From Escherichia coli (lineage in GTDB: Bacteria; Pseudomonadota; Gammaproteobacteria; Enterobacterales; Enterobacteriaceae), in NCBI RefSeq assembly GCF_003334305.1, contig NZ_QOWS01000016.1: a stretch of 64,000 nucleotides of DNA, one strand, 5' to 3'. The translations under genes were made by a program, and so were the position numbers. Below are positions 10,434-23,525 of this stretch, one piece after another; positions within the stretch are counted from its first letter, which is position 1; every line of letters starts with the position of its first letter. The notes under the pieces are model-generated. The model worked only from the letters and a program-made list of their open reading frames with translations, was not told the origin of the DNA and searched no databases.

Positions 10434-10476
10434 GGGGAAAAAATAAAGGCGACCCATAGTCGCATGGTGTCGCCTT
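10434..10476 (-). terminator. Terminator downstream of trxB
   Basis: Perfect 8-bp stem AAGGCGAC…GTCGCCTT (10446-10476) with plus-strand AAAAAAATAA immediately 5' (U-tract on minus strand). Confidence 0.65.
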
Positions 10477-10503
10477 CTTTACTTTTGTTACTGATTTGTA
10501 AAA

Positions 10504-11586
<1,083 letters not shown>

Positions 11587-12013
11587 TCAAATTCTCCCGT
11601 CATTATCACCTCTGCTACTTAAATTTCCCGCTTTATAAGCCGATTAAATGATGAATAAACGCCCCTGTTAATGAATATCTGGCATGTTGTACTAAAAATC
11701 GATGTTTTGCTTTGACAATCCCCTGGTGTTTTGCGAAAACATTCGAGGAAGAAAAAAAACAGTATTCTTATATGCGCATAACCATGCATGTAAATACCAT
11801 GTTTACCGTGCTAGTGAAATCTACGTATGGCGTGGACAGACGCCATTCGTGATGTCGATAGCTGCCACAAGGCAACGGTCTTCTCACCGTAGACCCAGGC
11901 ATTGCGCGCCGTGAATCTTCATGATTTCGGTCTATCGTGACGGGTAGCGACTCTGAACAGTGATGTTTCAGGGTCAGACAGGAGTAGGGAAGGAATACAG
12001 AGAGACAATAATA

Positions 12014-12508
12014 ATGGTAGATAGCAAGAAGCGCCCTGGCAAAGATCTCGACCGTATCGATCGTAACATTCTTAATGAGTTGCAAAAGGATGGGCGTATT
12101 TCTAACGTCGAGCTTTCTAAACGTGTGGGACTTTCCCCAACGCCGTGCCTTGAGCGTGTGCGTCGGCTGGAAAGACAAGGGTTTATTCAGGGCTATACGG
12201 CGCTGCTTAACCCCCATTATCTGGATGCATCACTTCTGGTATTCGTTGAGATTACTCTGAATCGTGGCGCACCGGATGTGTTTGAACAATTCAATACCGC
12301 TGTACAAAAACTTGAAGAAATTCAGGAGTGTCATTTAGTATCTGGTGATTTCGACTACCTGTTGAAAACACGCGTGCCGGATATGTCAGCTTACCGTAAG
12401 TTGCTGGGGGAAACCCTGCTGCGTCTGCCTGGCGTCAATGACACACGGACATACGTTGTTATGGAAGAAGTCAAGCAGAGTAATCGTCTGGTTATTAAGA
12501 CGCGCTAA
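12014..12508 (+). CDS. lrp: lrp, leucine-responsive regulatory protein (164 aa)
   Basis: ORF track 11960..12508 trimmed to MVDSKKRPGKDLDRIDRNILNELQKDGRISNVELSKRVGLSPTPCLERVRRLE (AsnC/Lrp HTH). Confidence 0.95.
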   Translation: MVDSKKRPGKDLDRIDRNILNELQKDGRISNVELSKRVGLSPTPCLERVRRLERQGFIQGYTALLNPHYLDASLLVFVEITLNRGAPDVFEQFNTAVQKLEEIQECHLVSGDFDYLLKTRVPDMSAYRKLLGETLLRLPGVNDTRTYVVMEEVKQSNRLVIKTR

Positions 12509-12546
12509 CACGGAACAGGTGCAAAATCGGCGTATTTTGATTACAC

Positions 12547-12566
12547 TCCTGTTAATCCATACAGCA
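12547..12566. promoter_or_regulatory. Candidate LexA (SOS) box upstream of ftsK
   Basis: tcCTGttaatccataCAGca fits CTG-N10-CAG; about 80 bp upstream of the ftsK TTG start. Confidence 0.45.
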
Positions 12567-12642
12567 ACAGTACTGGGGTAACCTGGTACTGTTGTCCGTT
12601 TTAGCATCGGGCAGGAAAAGCCTGTAACCTGGAGAGCCTTTC

Positions 12643-15600
12643 TTGAGCCAGGAATACACTGAAGACAAAGAAGTCACATTGACAAAGTTAAGTAGCGGCC
12701 GTCGCCTTCTGGAAGCGTTGCTGATCCTTATTGTCCTGTTTGCCGTCTGGTTGATGGCTGCCTTACTAAGCTTTAACCCTTCGGACCCCAGCTGGTCGCA
12801 AACGGCCTGGCATGAACCTATCCATAATTTAGGTGGGATGCCCGGTGCGTGGCTGGCAGATACGCTGTTCTTTATTTTTGGCGTGATGGCTTACACCATT
12901 CCCGTCATTATTGTCGGCGGTTGTTGGTTTGCCTGGCGTCATCAGTCCAGTGACGAATACATTGATTATTTTGCCGTTTCGCTACGCATCATTGGCGTTT
13001 TGGCGCTCATCCTTACCTCCTGTGGTCTGGCGGCAATCAACGCTGACGATATCTGGTATTTTGCCTCCGGTGGCGTCATTGGCAGCTTACTAAGCACTAC
13101 GCTACAACCACTGCTACACAGTAGCGGGGGAACTATTGCGCTGCTCTGCGTTTGGGCTGCGGGCCTGACGCTGTTCACCGGTTGGTCATGGGTGACCATT
13201 GCTGAAAAACTCGGCGGCTGGATTTTAAACATTCTCACCTTCGCCAGTAATCGTACCCGTCGCGATGATACCTGGGTCGATGAAGATGAATATGAAGATG
13301 ACGAAGAGTATGAAGATGAAAACCACGGCAAACAGCATGAATCACGCCGTGCCCGTATTCTTCGCGGCGCGCTAGCGCGTCGTAAACGGTTGGCGGAAAA
13401 ATTCATTAATCCGATGGGGCGGCAAACAGACGCTGCGTTGTTCTCCGGTAAGCGGATGGATGATGACGAAGAGATTATCTACACTGCACGCGGTGTGGCT
13501 GCCGACCCGGACGACGTCCTATTTTCGGGCAATCGTGCAACGCAGCCAGAATATGACGAATACGATCCATTATTAAACGGTGCGCCAATTACCGAACCTG
13601 TCGCTGTAGCAGCTGCTGCTACCACGGCGACACAAAGCTGGGCTGCGCCGGTTGAACCTGTGACTCAGACGCCGCCTGTTGCCTCTGTTGATGTTCCACC
13701 TTCGCAACCTACAGTAGCCTGGCAGCCTGTACCGGGTCCACAAACGGGAGAGCCGGTTATTGCTCCTGCACCGGAAGGTTACCCACAGCAGTCACAATAT
13801 GCGCAGCCTGCAGTGCAATATAATGAGCCGCTGCAACAACCAGTACAGCCGCAGCAGCCGTATTATGCACCTGCAGCTGAACAACCTGCGCAACAACCTT
13901 ACTACGCTCCTGCGGCGGAACAACCTGTTCAGCAACCGTATTACGCCCCTGCGCCAGAACAACCGGTGGCAGGTAACGCCTGGCAAGCCGAAGAGCAGCA
14001 ATCCACTTTTGCTCCACAGTCTACATACCAGACTGAGCAAACTTATCAGCAACCAGCCGCTCAGGAGCCGTTGTACCAACAGCCGCAATCCGTTGAACAG
14101 CAGCCTGTTGTGGAGCCTGAACCCGTTGTAGAAGAGACAAAACCCGCGCGTCCGCCGCTTTACTATTTTGAAGAAGTGGAAGAGAAGCGAGCCCGTGAAC
14201 GTGAACAACTTGCGGCCTGGTATCAACCGATTCCAGAACCGGTTAAAGAACCAGAACCGATCAAATCTTCGTTGAAAGCGCCTTCTGTTGCAGCAGTACC
14301 TCCAGTAGAAGCCGCTGCCGCTGTTTCTCCGCTGGCATCTGGCGTGAAAAAAGCGACACTGGCGACGGGGGCTGCCGCAACCGTTGCCGCGCCAGTCTTC
14401 AGTCTGGCAAATAGCGGTGGACCGCGTCCGCAAGTCAAAGAGGGGATTGGCCCGCAGTTGCCACGACCGAAACGTATCCGCGTGCCAACTCGTCGTGAAC
14501 TGGCGTCTTACGGTATTAAGCTGCCCTCACAGCGTGCGGCGGAAGAGAAAGCCCGTGAAGCCCAGCGCAATCAGTATGATTCTGGCGATCAGTATAACGA
14601 TGATGAAATCGATGCGATGCAGCAGGATGAACTGGCACGTCAGTTCGCCCAGACACAGCAGCAACGCTATGGCGAACAGTATCAACATGATGTGCCCGTA
14701 AACGCAGAAGATGCAGATGCTGCGGCAGAGGCTGAACTGGCTCGTCAGTTTGCGCAAACTCAACAACAACGTTATTCCGGCGAACAACCGGCTGGGGCGA
14801 ATCCGTTCTCGCTGGATGATTTTGAATTTTCGCCAATGAAAGCGTTGCTGGATGATGGTCCACACGAACCGTTGTTTACGCCAATTGTTGAACCTGTACA
14901 GCAGCCGCAACAACCGGTTGCACCGCAGCAGCAGTATCAGCAGCCGCAACAACCAGTTCCGCCACAGCAGCAATATCAGCAGCCGCAACAGCCGGTTGCG
15001 CCGCAGCCGCAGTATCAGCAGCCACAACAGCAGGTTGCGCCGCAGCCACAATATCAGCAGCCGCAACAACCGGTTGCGCCACAGCCGCAATATCAGCAGC
15101 CGCAACAACCAGTTGCGCCGCAGCCGCAGTATCAACAGCCGCAACAACCGGTTGCACCGCAGCAGCAGGATACCCTGCTTCATCCGCTGTTGATGCGTAA
15201 TGGCGACAGCCGTCCGTTGCATAAACCGACGACGCCGCTGCCTTCTCTGGATTTGCTGACACCGCCGCCGAGCGAAGTGGAGCCGGTAGATACCTTTGCG
15301 CTTGAACAAATGGCTCGCCTGGTGGAAGCGCGTCTGGCTGATTTCCGTATTAAAGCCGATGTCGTCAATTACTCTCCGGGGCCGGTTATCACTCGCTTTG
15401 AACTTAACCTGGCTCCTGGCGTAAAAGCGGCGCGCATTTCTAACTTGTCACGGGACCTTGCCCGTTCACTTTCGACGGTGGCGGTGCGTGTCGTTGAAGT
15501 TATTCCTGGCAAACCCTATGTAGGTCTGGAGTTACCAAATAAAAAACGACAAACCGTTTATCTGCGCGAAGTTTTGGATAACGCCAAATTCCGCGATAAT

Positions 15601-16710
15601 CCGTCGCCATTAACCGTGGTGCTGGGTAAAGATATCGCCGGTGAGCCGGTGGTTGCCGATCTGGCGAAAATGCCGCACTTGTTGGTTGCGGGGACTACCG
15701 GTTCCGGTAAATCTGTCGGTGTGAACGCGATGATCCTGAGCATGCTTTATAAAGCACAGCCAGAAGATGTGCGTTTCATCATGATCGACCCGAAAATGCT
15801 GGAGCTTTCGGTTTATGAAGGCATTCCGCATCTGTTAACGGAAGTCGTTACTGATATGAAAGATGCCGCCAACGCGCTGCGCTGGTGTGTTAACGAGATG
15901 GAGCGTCGGTATAAACTGATGTCTGCGCTGGGTGTGCGTAATCTGGCGGGTTATAACGAAAAAATTGCTGAAGCCGATCGCATGATGCGTCCGATTCCAG
16001 ACCCGTACTGGAAGCCGGGTGACAGTATGGATGCCCAGCATCCGGTGCTGAAAAAAGAACCATACATTGTGGTGTTGGTTGACGAATTTGCCGACCTGAT
16101 GATGACGGTAGGTAAAAAAGTGGAAGAGCTGATAGCACGTCTGGCGCAAAAAGCCCGTGCCGCGGGTATCCACCTCGTACTGGCAACTCAGCGTCCATCG
16201 GTTGATGTTATTACTGGTCTGATTAAAGCGAATATTCCGACCCGTATCGCCTTTACCGTATCCAGTAAGATTGACTCACGTACCATTCTTGATCAGGCTG
16301 GCGCGGAATCACTGCTGGGGATGGGGGATATGCTCTACTCTGGGCCGAACTCCACGTTGCCGGTACGTGTCCATGGTGCTTTTGTTCGCGATCAGGAAGT
16401 TCATGCCGTGGTGCAGGACTGGAAAGCGCGTGGTCGCCCACAGTATGTTGATGGCATCACTTCCGACAGTGAAAGCGAAGGTGGCGCGGGCGGTTTCGAT
16501 GGCGCTGAAGAACTGGATCCGTTGTTCGATCAGGCGGTGCAGTTTGTCACTGAAAAACGCAAAGCGTCAATTTCTGGCGTACAGCGTCAGTTCCGCATTG
16601 GTTATAACCGTGCAGCGCGTATTATCGAACAGATGGAAGCGCAGGGGATTGTCAGCGAACAGGGGCACAACGGTAATCGTGAAGTGCTGGCCCCACCGCC
16701 GTTTGACTAA
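12643..16710 (+). CDS. ftsK: ftsK, DNA translocase (1355 aa as encoded here; TTG start)
   Basis: ORF 12643..16710 starts at TTG with protein [27 protein letters not shown]; N-terminal TM domain, Pro/Gln-rich repetitive linker, C-terminal motor with Walker A GTTGSGKS. Confidence 0.95.
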   Translation: MSQEYTEDKEVTLTKLSSGRRLLEALLILIVLFAVWLMAALLSFNPSDPSWSQTAWHEPIHNLGGMPGAWLADTLFFIFGVMAYTIPVIIVGGCWFAWRHQSSDEYIDYFAVSLRIIGVLALILTSCGLAAINADDIWYFASGGVIGSLLSTTLQPLLHSSGGTIALLCVWAAGLTLFTGWSWVTIAEKLGGWILNILTFASNRTRRDDTWVDEDEYEDDEEYEDENHGKQHESRRARILRGALARRKRLAEKFINPMGRQTDAALFSGKRMDDDEEIIYTARGVAADPDDVLFSGNRATQPEYDEYDPLLNGAPITEPVAVAAAATTATQSWAAPVEPVTQTPPVASVDVPPSQPTVAWQPVPGPQTGEPVIAPAPEGYPQQSQYAQPAVQYNEPLQQPVQPQQPYYAPAAEQPAQQPYYAPAAEQPVQQPYYAPAPEQPVAGNAWQAEEQQSTFAPQSTYQTEQTYQQPAAQEPLYQQPQSVEQQPVVEPEPVVEETKPARPPLYYFEEVEEKRAREREQLAAWYQPIPEPVKEPEPIKSSLKAPSVAAVPPVEAAAAVSPLASGVKKATLATGAAATVAAPVFSLANSGGPRPQVKEGIGPQLPRPKRIRVPTRRELASYGIKLPSQRAAEEKAREAQRNQYDSGDQYNDDEIDAMQQDELARQFAQTQQQRYGEQYQHDVPVNAEDADAAAEAELARQFAQTQQQRYSGEQPAGANPFSLDDFEFSPMKALLDDGPHEPLFTPIVEPVQQPQQPVAPQQQYQQPQQPVPPQQQYQQPQQPVAPQPQYQQPQQQVAPQPQYQQPQQPVAPQPQYQQPQQPVAPQPQYQQPQQPVAPQQQDTLLHPLLMRNGDSRPLHKPTTPLPSLDLLTPPPSEVEPVDTFALEQMARLVEARLADFRIKADVVNYSPGPVITRFELNLAPGVKAARISNLSRDLARSLSTVAVRVVEVIPGKPYVGLELPNKKRQTVYLREVLDNAKFRDNPSPLTVVLGKDIAGEPVVADLAKMPHLLVAGTTGSGKSVGVNAMILSMLYKAQPEDVRFIMIDPKMLELSVYEGIPHLLTEVVTDMKDAANALRWCVNEMERRYKLMSALGVRNLAGYNEKIAEADRMMRPIPDPYWKPGDSMDAQHPVLKKEPYIVVLVDEFADLMMTVGKKVEELIARLAQKARAAGIHLVLATQRPSVDVITGLIKANIPTRIAFTVSSKIDSRTILDQAGAESLLGMGDMLYSGPNSTLPVRVHGAFVRDQEVHAVVQDWKARGRPQYVDGITSDSESEGGAGGFDGAEELDPLFDQAVQFVTEKRKASISGVQRQFRIGYNRAARIIEQMEAQGIVSEQGHNGNREVLAPPPFD
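14899..15171 (+). repeat. In-frame 39-bp tandem repeat (7 copies, last one degenerate) encoding [13 protein letters not shown] units in the FtsK linker
   Basis: Copies at 14899, 14938, 14977, 15016, 15055, 15094, 15133; unit cagcagccgcaacaaccggttgcgccgcagccgcagtat with point variation. Confidence 0.9.
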
Positions 16711-16718
16711 TTAATGCA

Positions 16719-16753
16719 TTGCCGGATAAGGCGCGGTAGCGTCGCATCCGGCA
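16719..16753. repeat. REP (repetitive extragenic palindromic) element between ftsK and lolA
   Basis: TGCCGGATAAGGCGCGGTAGCGTCGCATCCGGCA, imperfect palindrome of the GCCGGATG / CATCCGGC type. Confidence 0.75.
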
Positions 16754-16864
16754 CTCTATCAACTGAAAATTCAGTATTTTCTTCTTTCCTCAAGCTGATT
16801 ATTAGCCTGGAATAGAGAGTAGAGGGAACTCCCGATCGGGAGTGACGTAATTTGAGGAATAATG

Positions 16865-17476
16865 ATGAAAAAAATTGCCATCACCTGTGCATTACTCTCA
16901 AGCTTAGTAGCAAGCAGCGTTTGGGCTGATGCCGCAAGCGATCTGAAAAGCCGCCTGGATAAAGTCAGCAGCTTCCACGCCAGCTTCACACAAAAAGTGA
17001 CTGACGGTAGCGGCGCGGCGGTGCAGGAAGGTCAGGGCGATCTGTGGGTGAAACGTCCAAACTTATTCAACTGGCATATGACACAACCTGATGAAAGCAT
17101 TCTGGTTTCTGACGGTAAAACACTGTGGTTCTATAACCCGTTCGTTGAGCAAGCTACGGCAACCTGGCTGAAAGATGCCACCGGTAATACGCCGTTTATG
17201 CTGATTGCCCGCAACCAGTCCAGCGACTGGCAGCAGTACAATATCAAACAGAATGGCGATGACTTTGTCCTGACGCCGAAAGCCAGCAATGGCAATCTGA
17301 AGCAGTTCACCATTAACGTGGGACGTGATGGCACAATCCATCAGTTTAGCGCGGTGGAGCAGGACGATCAGCGCAGCAGTTATCAACTGAAATCCCAGCA
17401 AAATGGGGCTGTGGATGCAGCGAAATTTACCTTCACCCCGCCGCAAGGCGTCACGGTAGATGATCAACGTAAGTAG
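16865..17476 (+). CDS. lolA: lolA, periplasmic lipoprotein carrier (203 aa)
   Basis: ORF 16862..17476 has tandem ATG ATG; protein [34 protein letters not shown] with signal peptide. Confidence 0.93.
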
Positions 17477-17486
17477 AGGCACCTGA

Positions 17487-18830
17487 GTGAGCAATCTGTC
17501 GCTCGATTTTTCGGATAATACTTTTCAACCTCTGGCCGCGCGTATGCGGCCAGAAAATTTAGCACAGTATATCGGCCAGCAACATTTGCTGGCTGCGGGG
17601 AAGCCGTTGCCGCGCGCTATCGAAGCCGGGCATTTACATTCTATGATCCTCTGGGGGCCACCGGGTACCGGCAAAACAACCCTCGCTGAAGTGATTGCCC
17701 GCTATGCGAACGCTGATGTGGAACGTATTTCTGCCGTCACCTCTGGCGTGAAAGAAATTCGCGAGGCGATCGAGCGCGCCCGGCAAAATCGCAATGCAGG
17801 TCGCCGCACTATTCTTTTTGTTGATGAAGTTCACCGTTTCAACAAAAGCCAGCAGGATGCATTTCTGCCACATATTGAAGACGGCACCATCACTTTTATT
17901 GGCGCAACCACTGAAAACCCGTCGTTTGAGCTTAATTCGGCACTGCTTTCCCGTGCCCGTGTCTATCTATTGAAATCCCTGAGTACAGAGGATATTGAGC
18001 AAGTACTAACTCAGGCGATGGAAGACAAAACCCGTGGCTATGGTGGTCAGGATATTGTTCTGCCAGATGAAACACGACGCGCCATTGCTGAACTGGTGAA
18101 TGGCGACGCGCGCCGGGCGTTAAATACGCTGGAAATGATGGCGGATATGGCCGAAGTCGATGATAGCGGTAAGCGGGTCCTGAAGCCTGAATTACTGACC
18201 GAAATCGCAGGTGAACGTAGCGCCCGCTTTGATAACAAAGGCGATCGCTTTTACGATCTGATTTCCGCACTGCATAAGTCGGTACGTGGTAGCGCACCCG
18301 ATGCGGCGCTCTACTGGTATGCGCGAATTATTACCGCCGGTGGCGATCCGTTATATGTCGCGCGTCGTTGCCTGGCAATTGCTTCCGAAGATGTCGGCAA
18401 TGCCGACCCACGGGCGATGCAGGTGGCAATTGCGGCCTGGGATTGCTTTACTCGCGTTGGCCCGGCGGAAGGTGAACGCGCCATTGCTCAGGCGATTGTT
18501 TACCTGGCCTGCGCGCCAAAAAGCAACGCTGTCTACACTGCGTTTAAAGCCGCGCTGGCGGATGCTCGCGAACGTCCGGATTATGACGTGCCGGTTCATT
18601 TGCGTAATGCGCCGACGAAATTAATGAAGGAAATGGGCTACGGGCAGGAATATCGTTACGCTCATGATGAAGCAAACGCTTATGCTGCCGGTGAGGTTTA
18701 CTTCCCGCCGGAAATAGCACAAACACGCTATTATTTCCCGACAAACAGGGGCCTTGAAGGCAAGATTGGCGAAAAGCTCGCCTGGCTGGCTGAACAGGAT
18801 CAAAATAGCCCCATAAAACGCTACCGTTAA
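17487..18830 (+). CDS. rarA: rarA (ycaJ), replication-associated recombination AAA+ ATPase (447 aa; GTG start)
   Basis: GTG at 17487; Walker [10 protein letters not shown], Walker [11 protein letters not shown]. Confidence 0.93.
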
Positions 18831-18899
18831 TGTTATCGTTGCGGTAATGTTGTTACTGTATCCCTGTGGTCGCAGGCTGTGGCCACATCTCCCATTTAA

Positions 18900-20213
<1,314 letters not shown>

Positions 20214-20237
20214 TACCCAATTTTTCTGAATCTAAAA

Positions 20238-20260
20238 AGCGCCTGCGGGCGCTTTTTTTG
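20238..20260 (+). terminator. Rho-independent terminator of serS
   Basis: AGCGCC-TGCG-GGCGCT hairpin followed by TTTTTTTG. Confidence 0.8.
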
Positions 20261-20267
20261 TCTCCCT

Positions 20268-20281
20268 TTGATACCGAACAA
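20268..20281. promoter_or_regulatory. Candidate FNR site in dmsA promoter
   Basis: TTGATaccgAACAA matches TTGAT-N4-ATCAA at 9/10 positions, about 170 bp upstream of the dmsA ATG. Confidence 0.5.
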
Positions 20282-20451
20282 TAATTACTCCTCACTTACA
20301 CGTAATACTACTTTCGAGTGAAAATCTACCTATCTCTTTGATTTTCAAATTATTCGATGTATACAAGCCTATATAGCGAACTGCTATAGAAATAATTACA
20401 CAATACGGTTTGTTACTGGAATCAATCGTGAGCAAGCTTGAGTGAGCCATT

Positions 20452-22896
20452 ATGAAAACGAAAATCCCTGATGCGGTATTGGCTGCTGAGGTGAGTCGCC
20501 GTGGTTTGGTAAAAACGACAGCGATCGGCGGCCTGGCAATGGCCAGCAGCGCATTAACATTACCTTTTAGTCGGATTGCGCACGCTGTCGATAGCGCCAT
20601 TCCAACAAAATCAGACGAAAAGGTTATCTGGAGCGCCTGTACAGTTAACTGTGGTAGTCGCTGCCCGCTACGTATGCACGTCGTGGACGGTGAAATCAAA
20701 TATGTCGAAACGGACAATACCGGCGATGACAATTACGACGGCCTGCACCAGGTTCGCGCCTGTCTGCGTGGGCGTTCCATGCGTCGCCGTGTCTACAATC
20801 CGGACCGCCTGAAATATCCGATGAAACGAGTCGGGGCGCGCGGTGAAGGCAAATTCGAGCGCATTAGCTGGGAAGAAGCCTACGACATCATCGCGACCAA
20901 TATGCAGCGCCTGATCAAAGAGTACGGCAACGAGTCTATCTATCTGAACTATGGCACCGGTACGCTGGGCGGCACCATGACCCGCTCCTGGCCGCCGGGA
21001 AATACCCTGGTCGCGCGCCTGATGAACTGCTGCGGCGGTTATCTTAACCATTACGGTGACTACTCTTCTGCGCAAATTGCGGAAGGTTTGAACTATACCT
21101 ACGGCGGCTGGGCAGATGGTAACAGCCCGTCGGATATCGAAAACAGTAAATTGGTAGTGCTGTTTGGTAATAACCCAGGCGAAACGCGAATGAGTGGCGG
21201 TGGGGTGACTTACTATCTTGAACAGGCACGCCAGAAATCTAATGCCCGCATGATCATCATCGATCCGCGCTATACCGACACCGGTGCCGGGCGCGAAGAT
21301 GAGTGGATCCCTATTCGTCCAGGAACAGATGCCGCACTGGTTAACGGTCTGGCGTATGTCATGATCACCGAAAACCTGGTGGATCAGGCATTCCTTGATA
21401 AATATTGCGTTGGCTACGATGAGAAAACCCTGCCCGCTAGCGCGCCGAAAAATGGCCACTATAAAGCTTATATTCTGGGTGAAGGGCCAGATGGCGTGGC
21501 TAAAACACCGCAATGGGCCTCGCAAATCACCGGTATCCCGGCAGAGAAAATCATTCAACTGGCACGGGAAATCGGCAGTACCAAACCGGCGTTTATCAGC
21601 CAGGGATGGGGGCCACAGCGCCACGCCAACGGCGAAATCGCGACTCGCGCTATCTCGATGCTGGCGATTCTGACCGGTAACGTCGGTATTAACGGAGGCA
21701 ACAGCGGCGCGCGTGAAGGTTCATACAGCTTACCGTTTGTCCGTATGCCGACCTTGGAAAACCCGATCCAGACCAGCATTTCGATGTTTATGTGGACCGA
21801 TGCCATTGAACGTGGCCCGGAAATGACAGCGCTGCGTGATGGTGTACGCGGGAAAGATAAGCTGGATGTGCCGATCAAAATGATCTGGAACTATGCCGGT
21901 AACTGCCTGATTAACCAGCATTCTGAAATCAACCGTACCCATGAAATCCTTCAGGATGATAAGAAGTGCGAGCTGATTGTGGTTATCGACTGCCACATGA
22001 CCTCATCGGCGAAATATGCTGACATCCTGCTGCCTGACTGCACCGCTTCCGAACAGATGGACTTTGCACTGGATGCATCCTGCGGGAATATGTCTTACGT
22101 GATTTTCAACGATCAGGTGATTAAACCGCGCTTTGAATGTAAGACCATCTATGAAATGACCAGCGAACTGGCAAAACGTCTTGGCGTTGAGCAACAGTTT
22201 ACTGAAGGCCGTACACAGGAAGAGTGGATGCGGCATCTGTATGCCCAGTCGCGGGAAGCGATTCCTGAACTGCCAACGTTTGAAGAGTTCCGCAAGCAGG
22301 GGATCTTTAAAAAGCGCGACCCACAAGGGCATCACGTTGCTTATAAAGCCTTCCGTGAAGATCCGCAGGCAAACCCACTGACTACGCCATCGGGCAAAAT
22401 TGAGATTTATTCGCAGGCGCTGGCTGACATTGCCGCTACCTGGGAATTGCCAGAAGGCGATGTGATCGATCCACTGCCGATCTACACGCCGGGCTTTGAA
22501 AGTTATCAGGATCCGCTGAACAAACAGTATCCGCTGCAGCTTACGGGTTTCCACTATAAATCTCGCGTTCACTCAACTTACGGCAACGTTGATGTGCTGA
22601 AAGCGGCTTGCCGTCAGGAAATGTGGATCAACCCGCTTGATGCGCAAAAACGCGGTATCAACAACGGCGATAAAGTCAGGATCTTTAACGATCGTGGTGA
22701 AGTTCATATTGAGGCGAAAGTGACGCCACGAATGATGCCGGGTGTGGTCGCACTGGGTGAAGGTGCCTGGTATGACCCGGATGCAAAACGTGTCGATAAG
22801 GGCGGTTGTATTAACGTACTGACCACTCAACGTCCGTCTCCTCTCGCTAAGGGGAATCCGTCACATACAAACCTTGTTCAGGTTGAAAAGGTGTAA
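20452..22896 (+). CDS. dmsA: dmsA, anaerobic DMSO reductase molybdopterin catalytic subunit (814 aa) with Tat signal
   Basis: Twin-arginine motif SRRGLVK in N-terminus; Cys cluster CTVNCGSRC; recognisable molybdopterin oxidoreductase. Confidence 0.96.
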   Translation: MKTKIPDAVLAAEVSRRGLVKTTAIGGLAMASSALTLPFSRIAHAVDSAIPTKSDEKVIWSACTVNCGSRCPLRMHVVDGEIKYVETDNTGDDNYDGLHQVRACLRGRSMRRRVYNPDRLKYPMKRVGARGEGKFERISWEEAYDIIATNMQRLIKEYGNESIYLNYGTGTLGGTMTRSWPPGNTLVARLMNCCGGYLNHYGDYSSAQIAEGLNYTYGGWADGNSPSDIENSKLVVLFGNNPGETRMSGGGVTYYLEQARQKSNARMIIIDPRYTDTGAGREDEWIPIRPGTDAALVNGLAYVMITENLVDQAFLDKYCVGYDEKTLPASAPKNGHYKAYILGEGPDGVAKTPQWASQITGIPAEKIIQLAREIGSTKPAFISQGWGPQRHANGEIATRAISMLAILTGNVGINGGNSGAREGSYSLPFVRMPTLENPIQTSISMFMWTDAIERGPEMTALRDGVRGKDKLDVPIKMIWNYAGNCLINQHSEINRTHEILQDDKKCELIVVIDCHMTSSAKYADILLPDCTASEQMDFALDASCGNMSYVIFNDQVIKPRFECKTIYEMTSELAKRLGVEQQFTEGRTQEEWMRHLYAQSREAIPELPTFEEFRKQGIFKKRDPQGHHVAYKAFREDPQANPLTTPSGKIEIYSQALADIAATWELPEGDVIDPLPIYTPGFESYQDPLNKQYPLQLTGFHYKSRVHSTYGNVDVLKAACRQEMWINPLDAQKRGINNGDKVRIFNDRGEVHIEAKVTPRMMPGVVALGEGAWYDPDAKRVDKGGCINVLTTQRPSPLAKGNPSHTNLVQVEKV

Positions 22897-22906
22897 GGAG
22901 TAACCG

Positions 22907-23524
22907 ATGACAACCCAGTATGGATTTTTTATTGATTCCAGCCGTTGCACCGGTTGCAAAACCTGCGAGCTGGCCTGTAAAGACTACAAAGATTTGACGC
23001 CAGAAGTCAGCTTCCGCCGCATTTATGAATATGCTGGCGGCGACTGGCAGGAAGATAACGGTGTCTGGCACCAGAACGTGTTTGCCTACTATCTGTCGAT
23101 TTCATGTAACCACTGCGAAGATCCGGCTTGTACTAAAGTCTGCCCGAGCGGTGCGATGCATAAACGCGAAGATGGTTTTGTTGTGGTCGATGAAGATGTA
23201 TGCATTGGCTGCCGCTACTGTCATATGGCTTGCCCGTATGGCGCACCGCAATATAACGAAACGAAAGGCCATATGACCAAATGCGATGGTTGTTATGACC
23301 GTGTTGCGGAGGGTAAAAAGCCGATCTGTGTTGAATCTTGCCCGCTGCGGGCGCTGGATTTCGGTCCTATCGACGAGCTGCGTAAAAAACATGGCGATCT
23401 GGCGGCCGTTGCGCCGTTGCCGCGAGCTCACTTTACCAAACCGAATATTGTGATCAAACCCAATGCCAACAGCCGCCCGACCGGGGATACCACTGGCTAC
23501 CTGGCAAACCCGAAGGAGGTGTGA
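22907..23524 (+). CDS. dmsB: dmsB, DMSO reductase iron-sulfur subunit (205 aa)
   Basis: Four ferredoxin-type Cys clusters (CTGCKTCELAC, CNHCEDPACTKVCP, CIGCRYCHMACP, CDGC…CVESCP). Confidence 0.96.
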   Translation: MTTQYGFFIDSSRCTGCKTCELACKDYKDLTPEVSFRRIYEYAGGDWQEDNGVWHQNVFAYYLSISCNHCEDPACTKVCPSGAMHKREDGFVVVDEDVCIGCRYCHMACPYGAPQYNETKGHMTKCDGCYDRVAEGKKPICVESCPLRALDFGPIDELRKKHGDLAAVAPLPRAHFTKPNIVIKPNANSRPTGDTTGYLANPKEV

Positions 23525-23525
23525 G

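Noticed and set aside
14527-15309. 260-aa ORF and several shorter ORFs antisense or out of frame within the ftsK repeat region
   Set aside because: These are generated by reading the 39-bp tandem repeats in other frames (reiterated [12 protein letters not shown]-type translation). They lie inside the well-supported ftsK frame.
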